From contig NC_043012.1 of assembly GCF_006345805.1 (NCBI RefSeq), positions 14,446,001-14,510,000 of the forward strand: DNA of 64,000 nucleotides, read 5' to 3'. The notes under the pieces are model-generated. The model saw nothing but the letters and a program-made list of their open reading frames with translations. It was not told where the DNA came from and made no database searches. The position numbers and the translations under genes are program-made. This document shows, piece after piece, positions 36,047-48,617 of the stretch; position 1 is the first letter of the stretch; every line of letters starts with the position of its first letter. Source of the stretch: Octopus sinensis. Its lineage: Eukaryota.

Positions 36047-38860
36047 TTATTGTATGTCAACTTTGTACTCTTCCCTTATTCCACACTTGATCACCTCTTC
36101 TTTATTCACTACTTTAATAATTTGTCCGCGTTATGCTGTAAAAGTTGTATAAGGTTTTTTTTTCTTTTGATATCTACACACACCTCCACAGAAATAAAGC
36201 CTCTTCCTACCTGGTCTTTCTTCAAGTACAAACTGGTAATATCAGCTTTCGGATGGTGGGCCCCATACATAGTCAACAGCTTTCTAGTTTTTCTGTCAAA
36301 TTTTTGTATGGCACTTTTCGCCCAATCTACAATTCCAACTCCATATCTTCCATTTATTGTGTCAATAACATTCTTTTTCAATTAAGCTTCAACGGTCATA
36401 TTTTTCTCATTTTCCTGGTATACTGCCGAGTAGTAATTTCTTTCATCACTTCAACTGCTTCCAGTATTCTCAAATACTTATACCACTGTCCTTTCTCAAC
36501 TATTTAAATAGTTTTCTCATTTCAAATTTCGATTCCCTGGCTTCCTTCAAATTTTCCTCGTTTCATTAACAATATAGCGCACTTTTCAATCTCAAATTCC
36601 ATACCTACATCATTTGAGAAAATGCGAACAGTATATACAAGATTCAAGTTGCTTCTCATTTTTCACATAAAATTTTATATCATCCATAAAAAGGAGATGA
36701 TTTACTTGACCATATCTTTTTCCCAAATCATAAACTACTTTGATTTCTCGTAATATCAAACTGGCCAATACAAATAGTAATGGAGATAAGTTATCACCTT
36801 GAAATATACCACATCTAATGTTCTCTTTCCTAATTTTTTGTTTGCCTTCAGTCAATCCAGTATTCTGTTTCATACTTTCATGACCATTTTCTCTATATTT
36901 TCTGCCACTTGAAACATGCTCATTGTTTTACTTATCCAACTGTGCGGTATCATGCCATATACTTTTCAGTAAACCAACCATGTTGCATTCAATCCAGTCA
37001 ATCTGCGTCAACAATTGCAAATTATCATTTCATCAACTAATTACTAGTCTTTAGTTGCATTACTTTGCTTCCTGCATCCTTTCTGTTCTATGGGAAGTAA
37101 ATTGTCACTTTCCAGATGATTGCATAACTTTACCACTAAGACACTGGTCATAAGCTTCTACATAAGTGCTAAACGGATTATAGGTCAAAGATTTGATGCC
37201 AACATATCTTTCAAGCGGCGTTTCAGATATAACAACGTTCGTGCACTTGTCATCGAGATAGGGACGTGTCCCTGCGGCAGGTATTCATCAAGATATGCAG
37301 CCATCCTGCAACTATTCTTCAGCCAAACCTTGTAATTTATCCGGGCCAGGTCCTTTGACATTTTGCTATTTTTCAACTACAGTCTTATTGAATACAGATT
37401 AATTTCGAGGTCCTTTTGTCTTGGTACAGTTGTAAGCTGTTTCTCCACCCGTGTTGGCCACTCTACACCTTCTTTATATCTCACTAGCCTGTTCCAAGTT
37501 TCTCCCTAAAATACTTTACTTTCTTCCACATAATGAATCCCGTCCTAATGTTGTTTCTTCTCTATTTCCGAAAAAAGAAAATACCTATTTGATTGAAACA
37601 CTCTATTCTGTTCAAAAGTTTTGCATTTAGCATCGTAGCTGTTCAATTTGGCCTTGAAAATGTCACCTTCCGTGACAATTCTTCATTTACAGTTTGCTTT
37701 CACCTTTCCTTTAACCTGTGTTCTTCATTCAATTTTCTTATTACTACCTCATTATTGAGTTCTCTCAATATCCTATTTAATTGTCCCGGTTCTTTCCGTG
37801 TCTTTTCCAACTCCATTCGGATTCCCTTCCACCAGTTTGGTTCTTCATTTTCATTGCTTTTCTTTTCAACAGTCTTTCGTATTATGTCAACTGCAACATT
37901 AACGGCAGCCATGATGGCCAGGTTTGTTTGACCAATGTTCTCTGTTTAAACCAAGCTCAAAACGACATTCACTTGGCTTGTGGTTCTCCTTACTTTTCTT
38001 CTGACCATAGAGCGTACATTTGGTAGCACTTCGTTGCTCACACCACACATTTTATCTAGAATCTCTTCATTGTTCAAGTCATGTGCTGCATATATTGTCA
38101 CTTGTCCAGCTAATTCTCTTTCATTATTTATTTCAACATTCTCATGTACATAATGATTTCCTTCTTTTTCATTTTCTTAATCTAATACCCCTTCATTATC
38201 ACTTTCTGCTACAGTTGTTTCACACTTTTCCGGTTCATTTTTTATTCTTCGAATTTCTTCAATCTCCAATTCTGTAATTCAATCATTTATACGAATTGCT
38301 CTTGCCTGGTCTATCAGTCATCGGTCGGAAGCTTCCAAGACTCCCTTTGTGTCCCGTATTCTCTTCATTCAGTTTCGTGAAACCTCTTTTATTTGGCTCA
38401 CTTCTCTGCCAATATTCAATCACAATCTTGTTTACCTCTTTTTTTCCAATTCATCTTTCTCCCACTACACTTTTGACTTTGATCTATGCCTTGATGACAG
38501 CGTGTCGGAGCTTGATCAGACACTCCTTGCCTGCCGTCCGTGACACCTTCCCTGTTAACATTTCTGGTCCCGTAAATGCCGTTATGATTATTATTCATTT
38601 TGAGGTAGCATTTATAAGGTTATACAATCACCAGAATTTTTTTCACTAAGTGGGTTGCCAACCAAGGCGCAAAGTTCGCATCTAAACTCACATTCTTTAG
38701 GATGGCCTTTGACTCCCATGAGCTCATCCGCCCTCTCATGGGTCTTGCTTTTCTTCCGGAAGGATGTCCAACTTCCATCCTCTTCACCCAGCATTCTTGG
38801 TGAACTTTGCCGGTTTAGTCACCGACGACCCCACCAATTAGTATGTTTATTTTAAACCTA
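36047..38860 (-). mobile_element. R4/Dong-clade non-LTR retrotransposon, degenerate, 3' (RLE) end missing
   Basis: N-terminal W.KEVNKIVIE.W, EPNWW, KGPGPDKLQG.WLK, GIFQGDNLSPLLF, HLLFMDD, and LLTMYGAHHPKADITSLY...GRG; many stops and frameshifts. Confidence 0.88.
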
Positions 38861-39566
38861 ATTACAGCGTAAACTCACCAACACCGAGCTACAGGTGTTG
38901 GTGAGTTTATCACTACCAAATTCACCTTTACTATCACTATCATTATTTCAATCATCTTTACTGCAATTTTTATCAAGATTTCAGCTGGCGGTAACGGATC
39001 ACACCGCCGAAACACAAACAACTTTGCAATGTTGGAGGTATAAGCAAACCAAAATAGAAATATAATTACTCGTCTGAAATTTGAGGAGAAAAATAAAACA
39101 GATTTTAATAGCTTGTTTAAATGTTATTCTTTATGTAAAAGAAGTAAACGAATAATTTTACCTAGTCCTTAAATTCCTTAGTTCATTAGTCCAAAATGCG
39201 ACCATAAAATCAAGCGTTGTTGCCATTCGTGTTCTTGTTGTTGTTCTTGTTCAACCAAATGAAGTCACATGTATTTCCAAATATAATTTGGTCAAACATC
39301 GGATAAAATTCGATGTTCTGAGTCCTTGACGGGATTTAAGTTATTCAGCTATTGTTACATCCCCCGAAACGGTGGAAGTTTCTAACATCCTTTCGTTTAT
39401 TCTCAAATTTACGACCTTAAGTCCTTATCCTAAACATGTTAGTATTATCTAAATATGCATGATTCTTTAAAGCTATAAAACTTATTCATTTTGTCTGCTA
39501 GCATCTTTATATACACAATATAATATTTATGTTTGTTGTATATTTTTTTGTATCTATACCATTTAG

Positions 39567-39819
39567 GTAATAGCCCATGACCAACTAGGGAGAGGCCTTA
39601 GGGGACAATCTACATTGCTAATTTCTGTTAACGACATTAACGATAACGTTCCTTACTTTGAAGAGACCCCTGTTCTCAACATTGAACCCTGGACTAGAGT
39701 AGGTACCAAACTGAAGACTCTAAAAGCCATTGACAAGGATGTTACTGCTAAAAACAATAAAGTTATATACCTTTTAAAATCTGGTGGTGTTGGCAAATTT
39801 CAAGTGGATTTTGAAACTG
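39567..39819 (+). CDS. Cadherin-repeat protein, exon 6
   Basis: atttAG acceptor and G|gtgagt donor (phase 1). VIAHDQLGRGLRGQSTLLISVNDINDNVPYF...AIDKD...KFQVDFETG. Confidence 0.93.
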
Positions 39820-39913
39820 GTGAGTTTCATTTGCTGAAAGAAATAAGCACGAGGTAGATTTCTAAATAGTGTAATGACTGCATGAAATCTGATTGAGAAA
39901 TAGCAGACTTTTT

Positions 39914-40344
39914 GGATCTTTTCGGTTTGAACGGCAGTTTTTCTAGCGGTGTCATATGAAATTGTCACCCATAATTATGACCCTAGTATCGATCTATGGC
40001 ATTTCAATCTGTTTTAGGGTTAGGATTAGTTAGGGTTAGGATTAGGGGTGGGGGAAGGGTACCTTTTTTTATTCAGAAATGTAAATAAACCCAATATGTT
40101 TCTTAAACCGAGGGACATATTCATACTGCACAGAATATTTTCACCTCAATAGGCGTCATTGATTGGTTGAAATTGCAAAAATTGAAGAAAAAAACAACAA
40201 ATATCTTACAAACTATAAAATTTTCTCAATAAAGCCAAGAGAAAAAGATGTTTTATAAACACATTCTACCAATATACGAAGTTTAAAAGTGTTTAGTTAC
40301 GTGGAAATTATTTTTAAAAACTGCCGGTCAAACCGAAAAGATCC
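39914..40344. mobile_element. GGATC-TIR MITE, complete, 8-bp TSD
   Basis: TIR GGATCTTTTCGGTTTGA(A/C)CGGCAGTTTTT; flanks GACTTTTT and GACTTTAT; internal TTAGGG-like repeats. Confidence 0.9.
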
Positions 40345-41597
40345 GACTTTATTATCTAAACTGGCACTATTTTTGCATTTTTCTATTTATAAACTTCACT
40401 GTTATCTCTTTCGTCACACGCATATTCTGCCTTATTTCATATTAAATTCAATTAACAATGCACTTATATTAGAGCACCATTAACTATTTCCTATTTTATT
40501 TTGTCTTTTGTCTTTATTTTGTTTTTTACACGTTGATTCAGAAATCTGTTTAGTTCCCTTACATTTATGCTCACGATTAAACAGGCTAATAGCCAAAGTT
40601 AAATTGATACCAGACCTCCAACTAAAATGTAAGTACTTTACATTCGGTCGAGTTAGACGCAATGTTATATTATCATCTGGTAATTATTTACAGTCTATCT
40701 AGCTGTAAATTATTACCATATTATGGTATATATGACGGCACGACATAACGTTGAAATCGGTGTGAAGCGAGCCTTTTATACACTATTTCGTATGTGAGAA
40801 CAGCTTCGAACCCTTTCGTTAATGTCTCGATGCAATGCACAGAGACAAAATCATTCTTTTTTAGTACACATGTGCTAAAAATGAGTCACGTTTGACTAAG
40901 AGCACTATCAAATAAATCGCTATACTTTAAAAAATATTTCAAGTAATGTTCAGAAAAATGAAGCCATAAAATATTAAATATTTTCTGAAAACGATTTAAG
41001 CTTTCATTATTTCTTTTCTTTAACATTCAGTTTGTTTAATCACTTTTTTAATTGGGCCACAAGCATTTATTAGAAATATGCAACTTCAGAAAAATAAATA
41101 GTTATTGATTTCATTTTTTTTTTATGTCTGAAAATTAAAACGAAGCTATAAAGCTTTATTACAAGTGAAAATAACTGTAGCTGAAATGCGTGCATGTTTT
41201 ATAAATCTATGGGTGTTGGCTTTTTATCATAGAAATTGTTAACTATTTTAATGCACATCCTGTGTGTGATCAACAATGTACTATTTGTTCCACCTAAAAG
41301 AGGAGGTTGGGAGCAGTTAGTTTAAATCACTGGCACGTTTCCTGGAAATATTGCCAACAGAACCATTTGTAAACATATCATGAACACTTGAATTGATTAG
41401 ATGAAGAAACTTCATTTTCTAAGTGTTCAAACATTTTAACTTACTAGTGAAATGTCCCCCTAGCTGAAAGTATTCTTTTATTTATAATATATTAAGAAAA
41501 CCGTTTTGTTTTTGTTCCAAATTCTCACTTATAAAATCTTATGAAAGCCATAGTTTTTTCTTTCATTTATATATTTTCCGCCTCCATTTCTTCCTAA

Positions 41598-41639
<42 letters not shown>

Positions 41640-43629
41640 AGAGAGAGACAGAGGTAGAGAGAGTCATCTAAGAATCAGTAAGCCAGAAAAAGTAAGCAAT
41701 CGTATATTTGACACAGGGAAGACTGTGGAATTTGGTTCACAGTCTTCCCTTTCTACCAGTGCAAAGACGCAATCTCTCAACTAGAACGTTTAAATAAAGA
41801 AAGTTTTTTCATTGAAAAATACAAAACACGTCTTATATGCACGCATAACCAACTTTTATCTTTTTACATATTTCAATTCACGATTACATCACTGTACATA
41901 AATCCTCTACTAAACAAGGTTTTTGAAACTTTTCTCTGTCTGTACACATATATAATGCCCACCCATTACCGGAAGCTGAACAGTTATCTCCCCTACCCAC
42001 AAAAATAACAATAAGATACAGTCATTGTTTAAAGGAGAAAAGAGTTATTCTGAAGGATTCACTTTAACCAGATCCCTTACTTAATCTAAGGAGGAACTTT
42101 TTTCTTTTGTTCTCATGACCGTAAATATATTTTAGCCAACTGACATTTTACTCTATTTTCCCCCATAAGTAACATCAGCTAGCGCTTATGCACACTCATA
42201 CATATACATGCCCATGCCTGTTTTAGAAACACTCTCTCCTCTTCCATTAAACTTTCTCCATTCCACCGTAGATTATAAAGAAATTAAGTGGACAAGCGCC
42301 ACTTGAATGCTGACATGTCAGCCATTAAACGGTTTAGTCTAAGGACTTAACAGGGCACCTAATTCATCCTCAGTTTTTTTAACAAGGCACTGTGAATCCA
42401 TTAATTCGCTCGAACAGCCCTGCGTATCAAATTCGAGATATTTGGAGAAGACTCGTCCACTATTCTTGCACCAAACGTAAACTTTCCGCGACTGGATTTG
42501 AACTCAGAACAACAAGAGGTAGAACAATTACCGCGATCCTCTGACCATTCCGCCAATCTAACCTTACCCCAACCCACTGTATCATATGCATGTGTATATT
42601 ACACATTTTAATGCTTTCTTTATTCGGAAACTAAGGCAACCGTTATTGGCCCAACGTTTTCTATCCATCGCCATTTCAGATCAATATTGAAATAAACAAA
42701 CAAGCTAAAATTATTATTGATCAATTCAAGTTATGACACAAAAGTTGATCTGTATAATTTAGAATTCGCTACTGAGATATGTTTACTAATGCAAAGTAAG
42801 CTAAATATGGAATCTAATTACAAGGATTTTGTGATTGTTTTTCATGCAATTACGAAACGAGAATGAATATGAGGCTTTTAAACGTGCCATATCCATAAAT
42901 AGTCACCAAATTAGCATTTTTTATGTTAAAATTTTATTTGAATATGTATGAAAACACGGAATTCTGCTTGAAACTTCATTATATTTTAAGAGCAGTAAAA
43001 ATTGTACGGCCAATAAAGTATTATTCATATTAATCAACTCTGATTTTGGAGGGATTTCGTTTCTTGCGCGGGTGTTTATTAAATGTATTTCGAAAATGCA
43101 GATATTTGTATTCCACTAGAGAACGACTATTCTATCATAAATTGTTATATGCACAATGAGCAATGACAATTAAAACACTGATAGCATATTTATTCCTAAT
43201 ATGTTCCGGCAGATTCGAACATGTATCTGGGATGTTATAAACCCTCGTTTTATTCATAAATATTTTGGCTGACGCGAGACAATGGTATCAAGGCACTGTT
43301 TGGACTAGAATCCCCATACACTAATGAGTTGGATGTGTTCTAAACAGACAGTCGTCTCAGGGGAAAAGTTGTTCTATGACGAAACATAAAAGCGATTGGC
43401 ATATTCGCGTTCAGACACGACGAAACATATTATGAATAAATGTACAAATTCTTGTCTACATTCTGTTATAGTAATTCTTGTAGTATGAGTGCTATATATT
43501 ATAGGTAAATTCTCTAATCGAGGTTCGTTAACATGGTTTAGATCCCTAGCTGTAAGCATTTTTCAATTTATTCTCTTCTCCGTTAAATCTGTCTATAAAA
43601 CAAATAAATATCAGATCTCATTTAGATAG

Positions 43630-43830
43630 TGAGCTGGCAGAATTGTTTGCTCGCCGTGCAAGATGCTCAGCAGCATTTCATACGTCTTTACGTCCTGAAT
43701 TTAAATTCCGCCGGCGTCGATTTTGCCTTTCATCTTTTCGGGATCGATAAAATAAGTACTAGTTGAGCACTGTGGTCGATAACATCAACTTACCCGCCCC
43801 CTCCGAAATTGCTGGCCTTGTACCAAGATC
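43630..43830 (+). mobile_element. SINE family A copy
   Basis: Family A module; further minus-strand copies at ~44130-44300 and ~45160-45345. Confidence 0.8.
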
Positions 43831-44699
43831 TGAAACCATATTCGTTCTCATTTCTGATACTATCCAACCAGAAAGAAAATGGCTGCATGTTGCTTCCTTT
43901 CCACTTAAAAGTGGAAGTGGCCAGGACCAAATTTCATCTTTCCTAGTGGAAAAAATTCCGAAAGCTTTTAGCCTGTCTAAAATATAACTCAGTCGTCCTT
44001 CCTGGTGAAGGAGTGACAGCAATGCCCTGTTCTTACATATTTATGAGAGCAGAAATTTAAAAATTACAGTTCACAGATATCACTATTTAAAAAATATATA
44101 TATATAATTTGAGAACTCTAGTGCAATCTTGAGTGGAAAGAGGAAGGAAGAATCGATCCCAATATTGGATCGCAGCTTATATTTATTGACCCTGTGAGGA
44201 TGAATGGTAAAATTGACCTCAACTGTATTTGAACTCAGGTTTCCAGAATGAATACTGCAAGGCATTCTTTCCGGTGCTCAACGTTTCTGCCACTTCGCTT
44301 ACTTCAAATTTTAATAAAAATACTTGATGCAGCATATAGACATCATAGCATCCACCCTAGTGGTTTATTTATATTCAAACTTAGAATATCTATGATTATA
44401 TTACGTAATGCGTGATTTCTCCTTGGCTCATCACAGCGTAATTGAAGTATTTTCATGTTTAGTATCACCTGTAAAAACTGTCACAAATATTCAGAGGCTT
44501 AATTGCAGAAACAAGCATTCTTCTCTGTTAACCTAAATGTATTAACTGAAAATAACATTGCTGAAACTAAGTTCCTTTTTTCTTCTTATTAAAAATAGTA
44601 AAAACCTCCTTTTTCCACATATTTATGTATCTAAATTATTTAATTCTTACAAAACCAATATGGAGTAAATTGAGCAATATTATAACAGGTCCAGTGAAT

Positions 44700-45066
44700 A
44701 CTGTGTCGAGTCCTAATGCTCATAGGGCCGGTTACCCGGTTTCTGTAACACATAAGTGATCGGCATAACTGCATTTTACCTGAACCGGCGCCAATCCTTC
44801 AATGGTTTACTCTTTTAGAATTAGGATGGCTAGAGTAACATGATTGCATCATGACGAGCCAAGAAGAAAGTCCTCCACTCAACTTGCTAGAAATAGTAGC
44901 CACATCACCCTAAATAGTACCACGTTGACTTAAAAGCATGCATAATATAATCATAGACATATTAAGTCTTTTGCTTAATAACCCAACGCATCACCCGGTC
45001 CGGAAATCGAAACCGCTATCTTACGATTGTGAATGTTCCGCACTAATCACTAGGACATGCGCCTTC
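44700..45066 (-). mobile_element. Older tRNA-derived SINE (degenerate)
   Basis: A box (TGAAGGCGCATGTCCTAGTGATTAG) and B box (GGTTTCGATTTCC) on the minus strand. Confidence 0.55.
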
Positions 45067-45759
45067 ATTCAGGTCCAGTGACTACAAAGGAATTCCAAAA
45101 TTGGGTCATAAAACTTTGCTTTCATTATATACAGAGAATATTCAGTGTACTGCAGATATTTGGGGGAAGGGGACTAGCGGATATCACCAACCTTAATACA
45201 CAACTGTTACTTTACTTTATCGACCTCGAAGGGATTAAAGGCAAAGTTGACCTCGCTGATATTTGAACTCAGAGCGTAAAGATGTACGAAATGCCACTAA
45301 GTATTTTTTCCGATGTGCTAACGATTCTGTCAGATCACAGCCTTAATTATATACACAATTATAAAATACGAGCAAAACGCCCCCCGTCAAATGGACGGTG
45401 CTGAGTTGTCAAACATTTAAACCAAATTTTCTCAAAACAACTTGTCCGACTGTTCCATAGACCTCCCCTTTGAGAAACACTGATTTAATCTAAATTTGAG
45501 ACACCAGCAAAAGAAGAAATAAAGATAGACTTTTTTTCTATTCCAAAGAAAAACGATTTTATTCACACAAATATGCAACCGAAGAGTTTAAAGTACCAGT
45601 AATGATAAGGCTGTTGACTGGGAGAACACAAACATGGTTTAAACAGTAAGCTTGGTAGGAAAGAAACGCTCCTTTAAGCAGTACAAAAACAAAAAATGGA
45701 AGGTGCAGTTATGTACGGGTTGACGGAAGAAAAGCCGGACAAAAACGGCTTTATCGATC

Positions 45760-45930
45760 GCATTCTCATCTGGAATCGATTTTTGTAATTTTTCAAGACT
45801 TATACACGCCCTGATACCGTCGGTATGTACGTATCAAATTTGAGCGCATTCGGATAGCGGATGCCCGAGATCTCAGAAGACACACACACACACACACACA
45901 CACACAAAGAGCGGATTTTATATAATAGAT
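45760..45930 (+). mobile_element. Helentron/HINE-like 3' end
   Basis: CAAATTTGAG...CGGATAGCGG...GAGATC-(AC)n-...TTTTATATAATAGAT resembles non-autonomous Helitron2 termini. Confidence 0.45.
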
Positions 45931-46540
45931 ATGTAACGAAATGTCAGCACCAAGCAAAGTTTAGTTTCGTTAAAGTAGGTTTGTAACAGATTTCAACAGT
46001 TAAAATGCAAATTCATTGCAGTTACCGTGGAAAAAATTGCTTTTTACGATAAGAGAGATATTTTGTACACGGTAACTGCAAATATGTCACAAACATATTT
46101 TAACTAACCTAAATGTTGTATATTTATATGTGATGCATCTAATTTTAGAGCAAATCAAATACATTTTCAAAAATTTAGATTTATAGGTTTTTCTTGTATA
46201 ATTATCAAACTCAGATTTGTCATTTTTATGGAACATATTTTTTGTGCTTTTAGAAATTTGCATTTTTTAGTTATTGCTTTATATACATGTACATGTTCCA
46301 AATACACTATTTTTCAATTAGAGTAATTCTTCACGTCAACTTGATGCTAAAAAATAGAATTATATTAATATTCCACAAGCCATTCCAATACATATTTCAA
46401 TTATATTCATTTCCTGCTTTAGTGTTTCTCTGAATAAATAGTACGCATGTGCGTGTGTGTGTGTGAGTGCGTGCGTGTGTGTGTAAATGTACATATATAT
46501 GTATGCATATATATATATATATAAATATATATACATACAA

Positions 46541-46571
<31 letters not shown>

Positions 46572-46708
46572 CGATTGGTATAACTACACATATACAAACA
46601 CACATGTACATACAACTATATACACAGGTATACAGTGCTTACAAATTCATACATACATGTAAATGTATTTGCATGTGCAGATGTCAATATTTCTATGATG
46701 CACACACA

Positions 46709-46755
<47 letters not shown>

Positions 46756-46919
46756 GCGCGCGCGAGAGACAGAAAGAGAGAGATGTGTATTGCAGACGTT
46801 TTGAGACTCTTTTAGAACCACAATTTATAACTATTCTAGATTATTGTAATTTTTACACATCATTTCTATACGTCTAATAATAATAAGCTGACCTGCCAAG
46901 TTTTGTTATTCCAGATTGG

Positions 46920-47634
46920 AGAAGACGGGTGTAACAACACTTTGAACACACCCTCCAAAACATTTCTTCTCAGAGCTGACTAGTTTGCAGAATGCTGTTG
47001 CGACGTGAAGACAATTTGGGGGTTCGCTATGCAATAAAGTTTTCTGTTAAACTGTCTGAACACGCTATAGAAACTTATGAAATATTCCAGTGTGCTCTTG
47101 GATTAACTTGTATGAGTTGAGCATTTTTTTGTCCTCTGGCACAAGAGGCCAAGCAAAGCAAGTCCACCTGGAAGTTCATGATGGTCTTCATTTGGAGCAG
47201 GAAGGATAGCATCTTTATCCACTAGGCTTCCCAAGTCAGACAGTCAACAAAGAGTACTTTATGGAGGTTTTGAGGGTGTTCAGGAAAATACTTCTTAACA
47301 TAAGGCCAAAGCACCTGCCACAGAAGAATGCATAAGTCCGCAATTCAGTCCTGATAACCCACTACTTGATAGAACTTTCCCTTATCCTCCCTTCAGTCTA
47401 GACCTTAATCCCTGTGATTTTTGGTTGTTCCCCTATCCGAAGGAGAAGGTGAAGGAGGTTATTGCAAGAATCCTGGGTGTTTTCACGTTGGAGGACTTCA
47501 CGAAGTGGCTAGAGAGCTACAGAAAGTGTACTGGAGTCAAAAGATCCTACTTTGAAGGAGATTAGAGTTTTGTACTTTGTTGAAATTGATGTCGCTCCTG
47601 AAAAAGCTTCAAAACTTCTTAAATACACTTCGTA
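46920..47634 (+). mobile_element. Degenerate mariner relic
   Basis: VRYAIKF.VKL...A.ETY N-terminus, DLNPCDFWLFP-like and KC...KRSYFEGD C-terminus; right TIR ...AAACTTCTTAAATACACTTCGTA. Confidence 0.75.
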
Positions 47635-47725
47635 TTTGAGATATACAAACAGACTGACAGATTTCTATGTCTGTGTATGTATGAGTGTATATATGTATGT
47701 ATGTATATGCACAGGAATATACATA

Positions 47726-48617
47726 TTAGTTCATCCCATAAGTTATGCGGCTTTTTCAATTCCATGAACTAAAAGTCGGAGGGGGACGGAATAAACTACC
47801 TGCATCAACTCGCTATACAAACAGGTATTAATTTTACCTTCTTCTTATTCATAGTACAAGTTTTGAAGAGTGCAGTTCGATTTTAACAGTTATTGGTTCA
47901 AAGCTATATTGGAGGTGACACAGGAGTATATTCGGCATGTTTTGCGAGTTCAATAAAAGTAACAGCGCAACGGAAAGTGCGACGAGGAACATTAATGCAG
48001 TATATGGGGATCGGACAATGCCGGTCTCAACTGTGCTTCCAGAAATTCCGAGCCGGAAACTACAGCCTAGAAGAGCCTCATCCTTGAAGATCTGTAGAAC
48101 TCAACGACGACGTTCTGCAAGCCATGGTGGAAGAAAATCCCATTGTAACTGTTGAAGAATTAGCAGAGAAGCTTGGATTTGGTCATTCAGCCATTCATAG
48201 ACACCTGCACACTATCGAAAAATGATCGTCTTTGGTTTCTATCACGATAATACTTGGCCACATACAGCGACGATGACATTCGAAAGGCTAGAGCAAATTT
48301 GAATGGGAAACGATGCCCCACCCACTATATTCGCTGGATATTGTCCCATCTGATTATCATTTATTCTGCAGTTTTCAACATCATTTGGACAGAAAAAATA
48401 TGAACTCTGCAACCGAGGTCAGAACAGTACTGGAGGAGTATTTTTCATCACAGACAAGGGAATTTTGGAAAAAGGGCCTTGCAAGTCTACCAGACAGATG
48501 GAAGAACATTGTAGAAAATGAAGGAGAGAATATTTTAGATTAAAAAAAACTTTGTTTATCTTAATTTTGAAACATAAAAGAAATATAAAAAATCGCATTA
48601 TTATTGGGATGACCCAA
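47726..48617 (+). mobile_element. Mariner (cecropia/mellifera-like), internally deleted, both TIRs present
   Basis: TIRs TT(A/G)G(T/G)TCATCCC..., TA flanks, HTH (WFQKFRAGNYSLE) and PHPLYSLDIVPSDYHLF; the first-D region is deleted. Confidence 0.9.
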
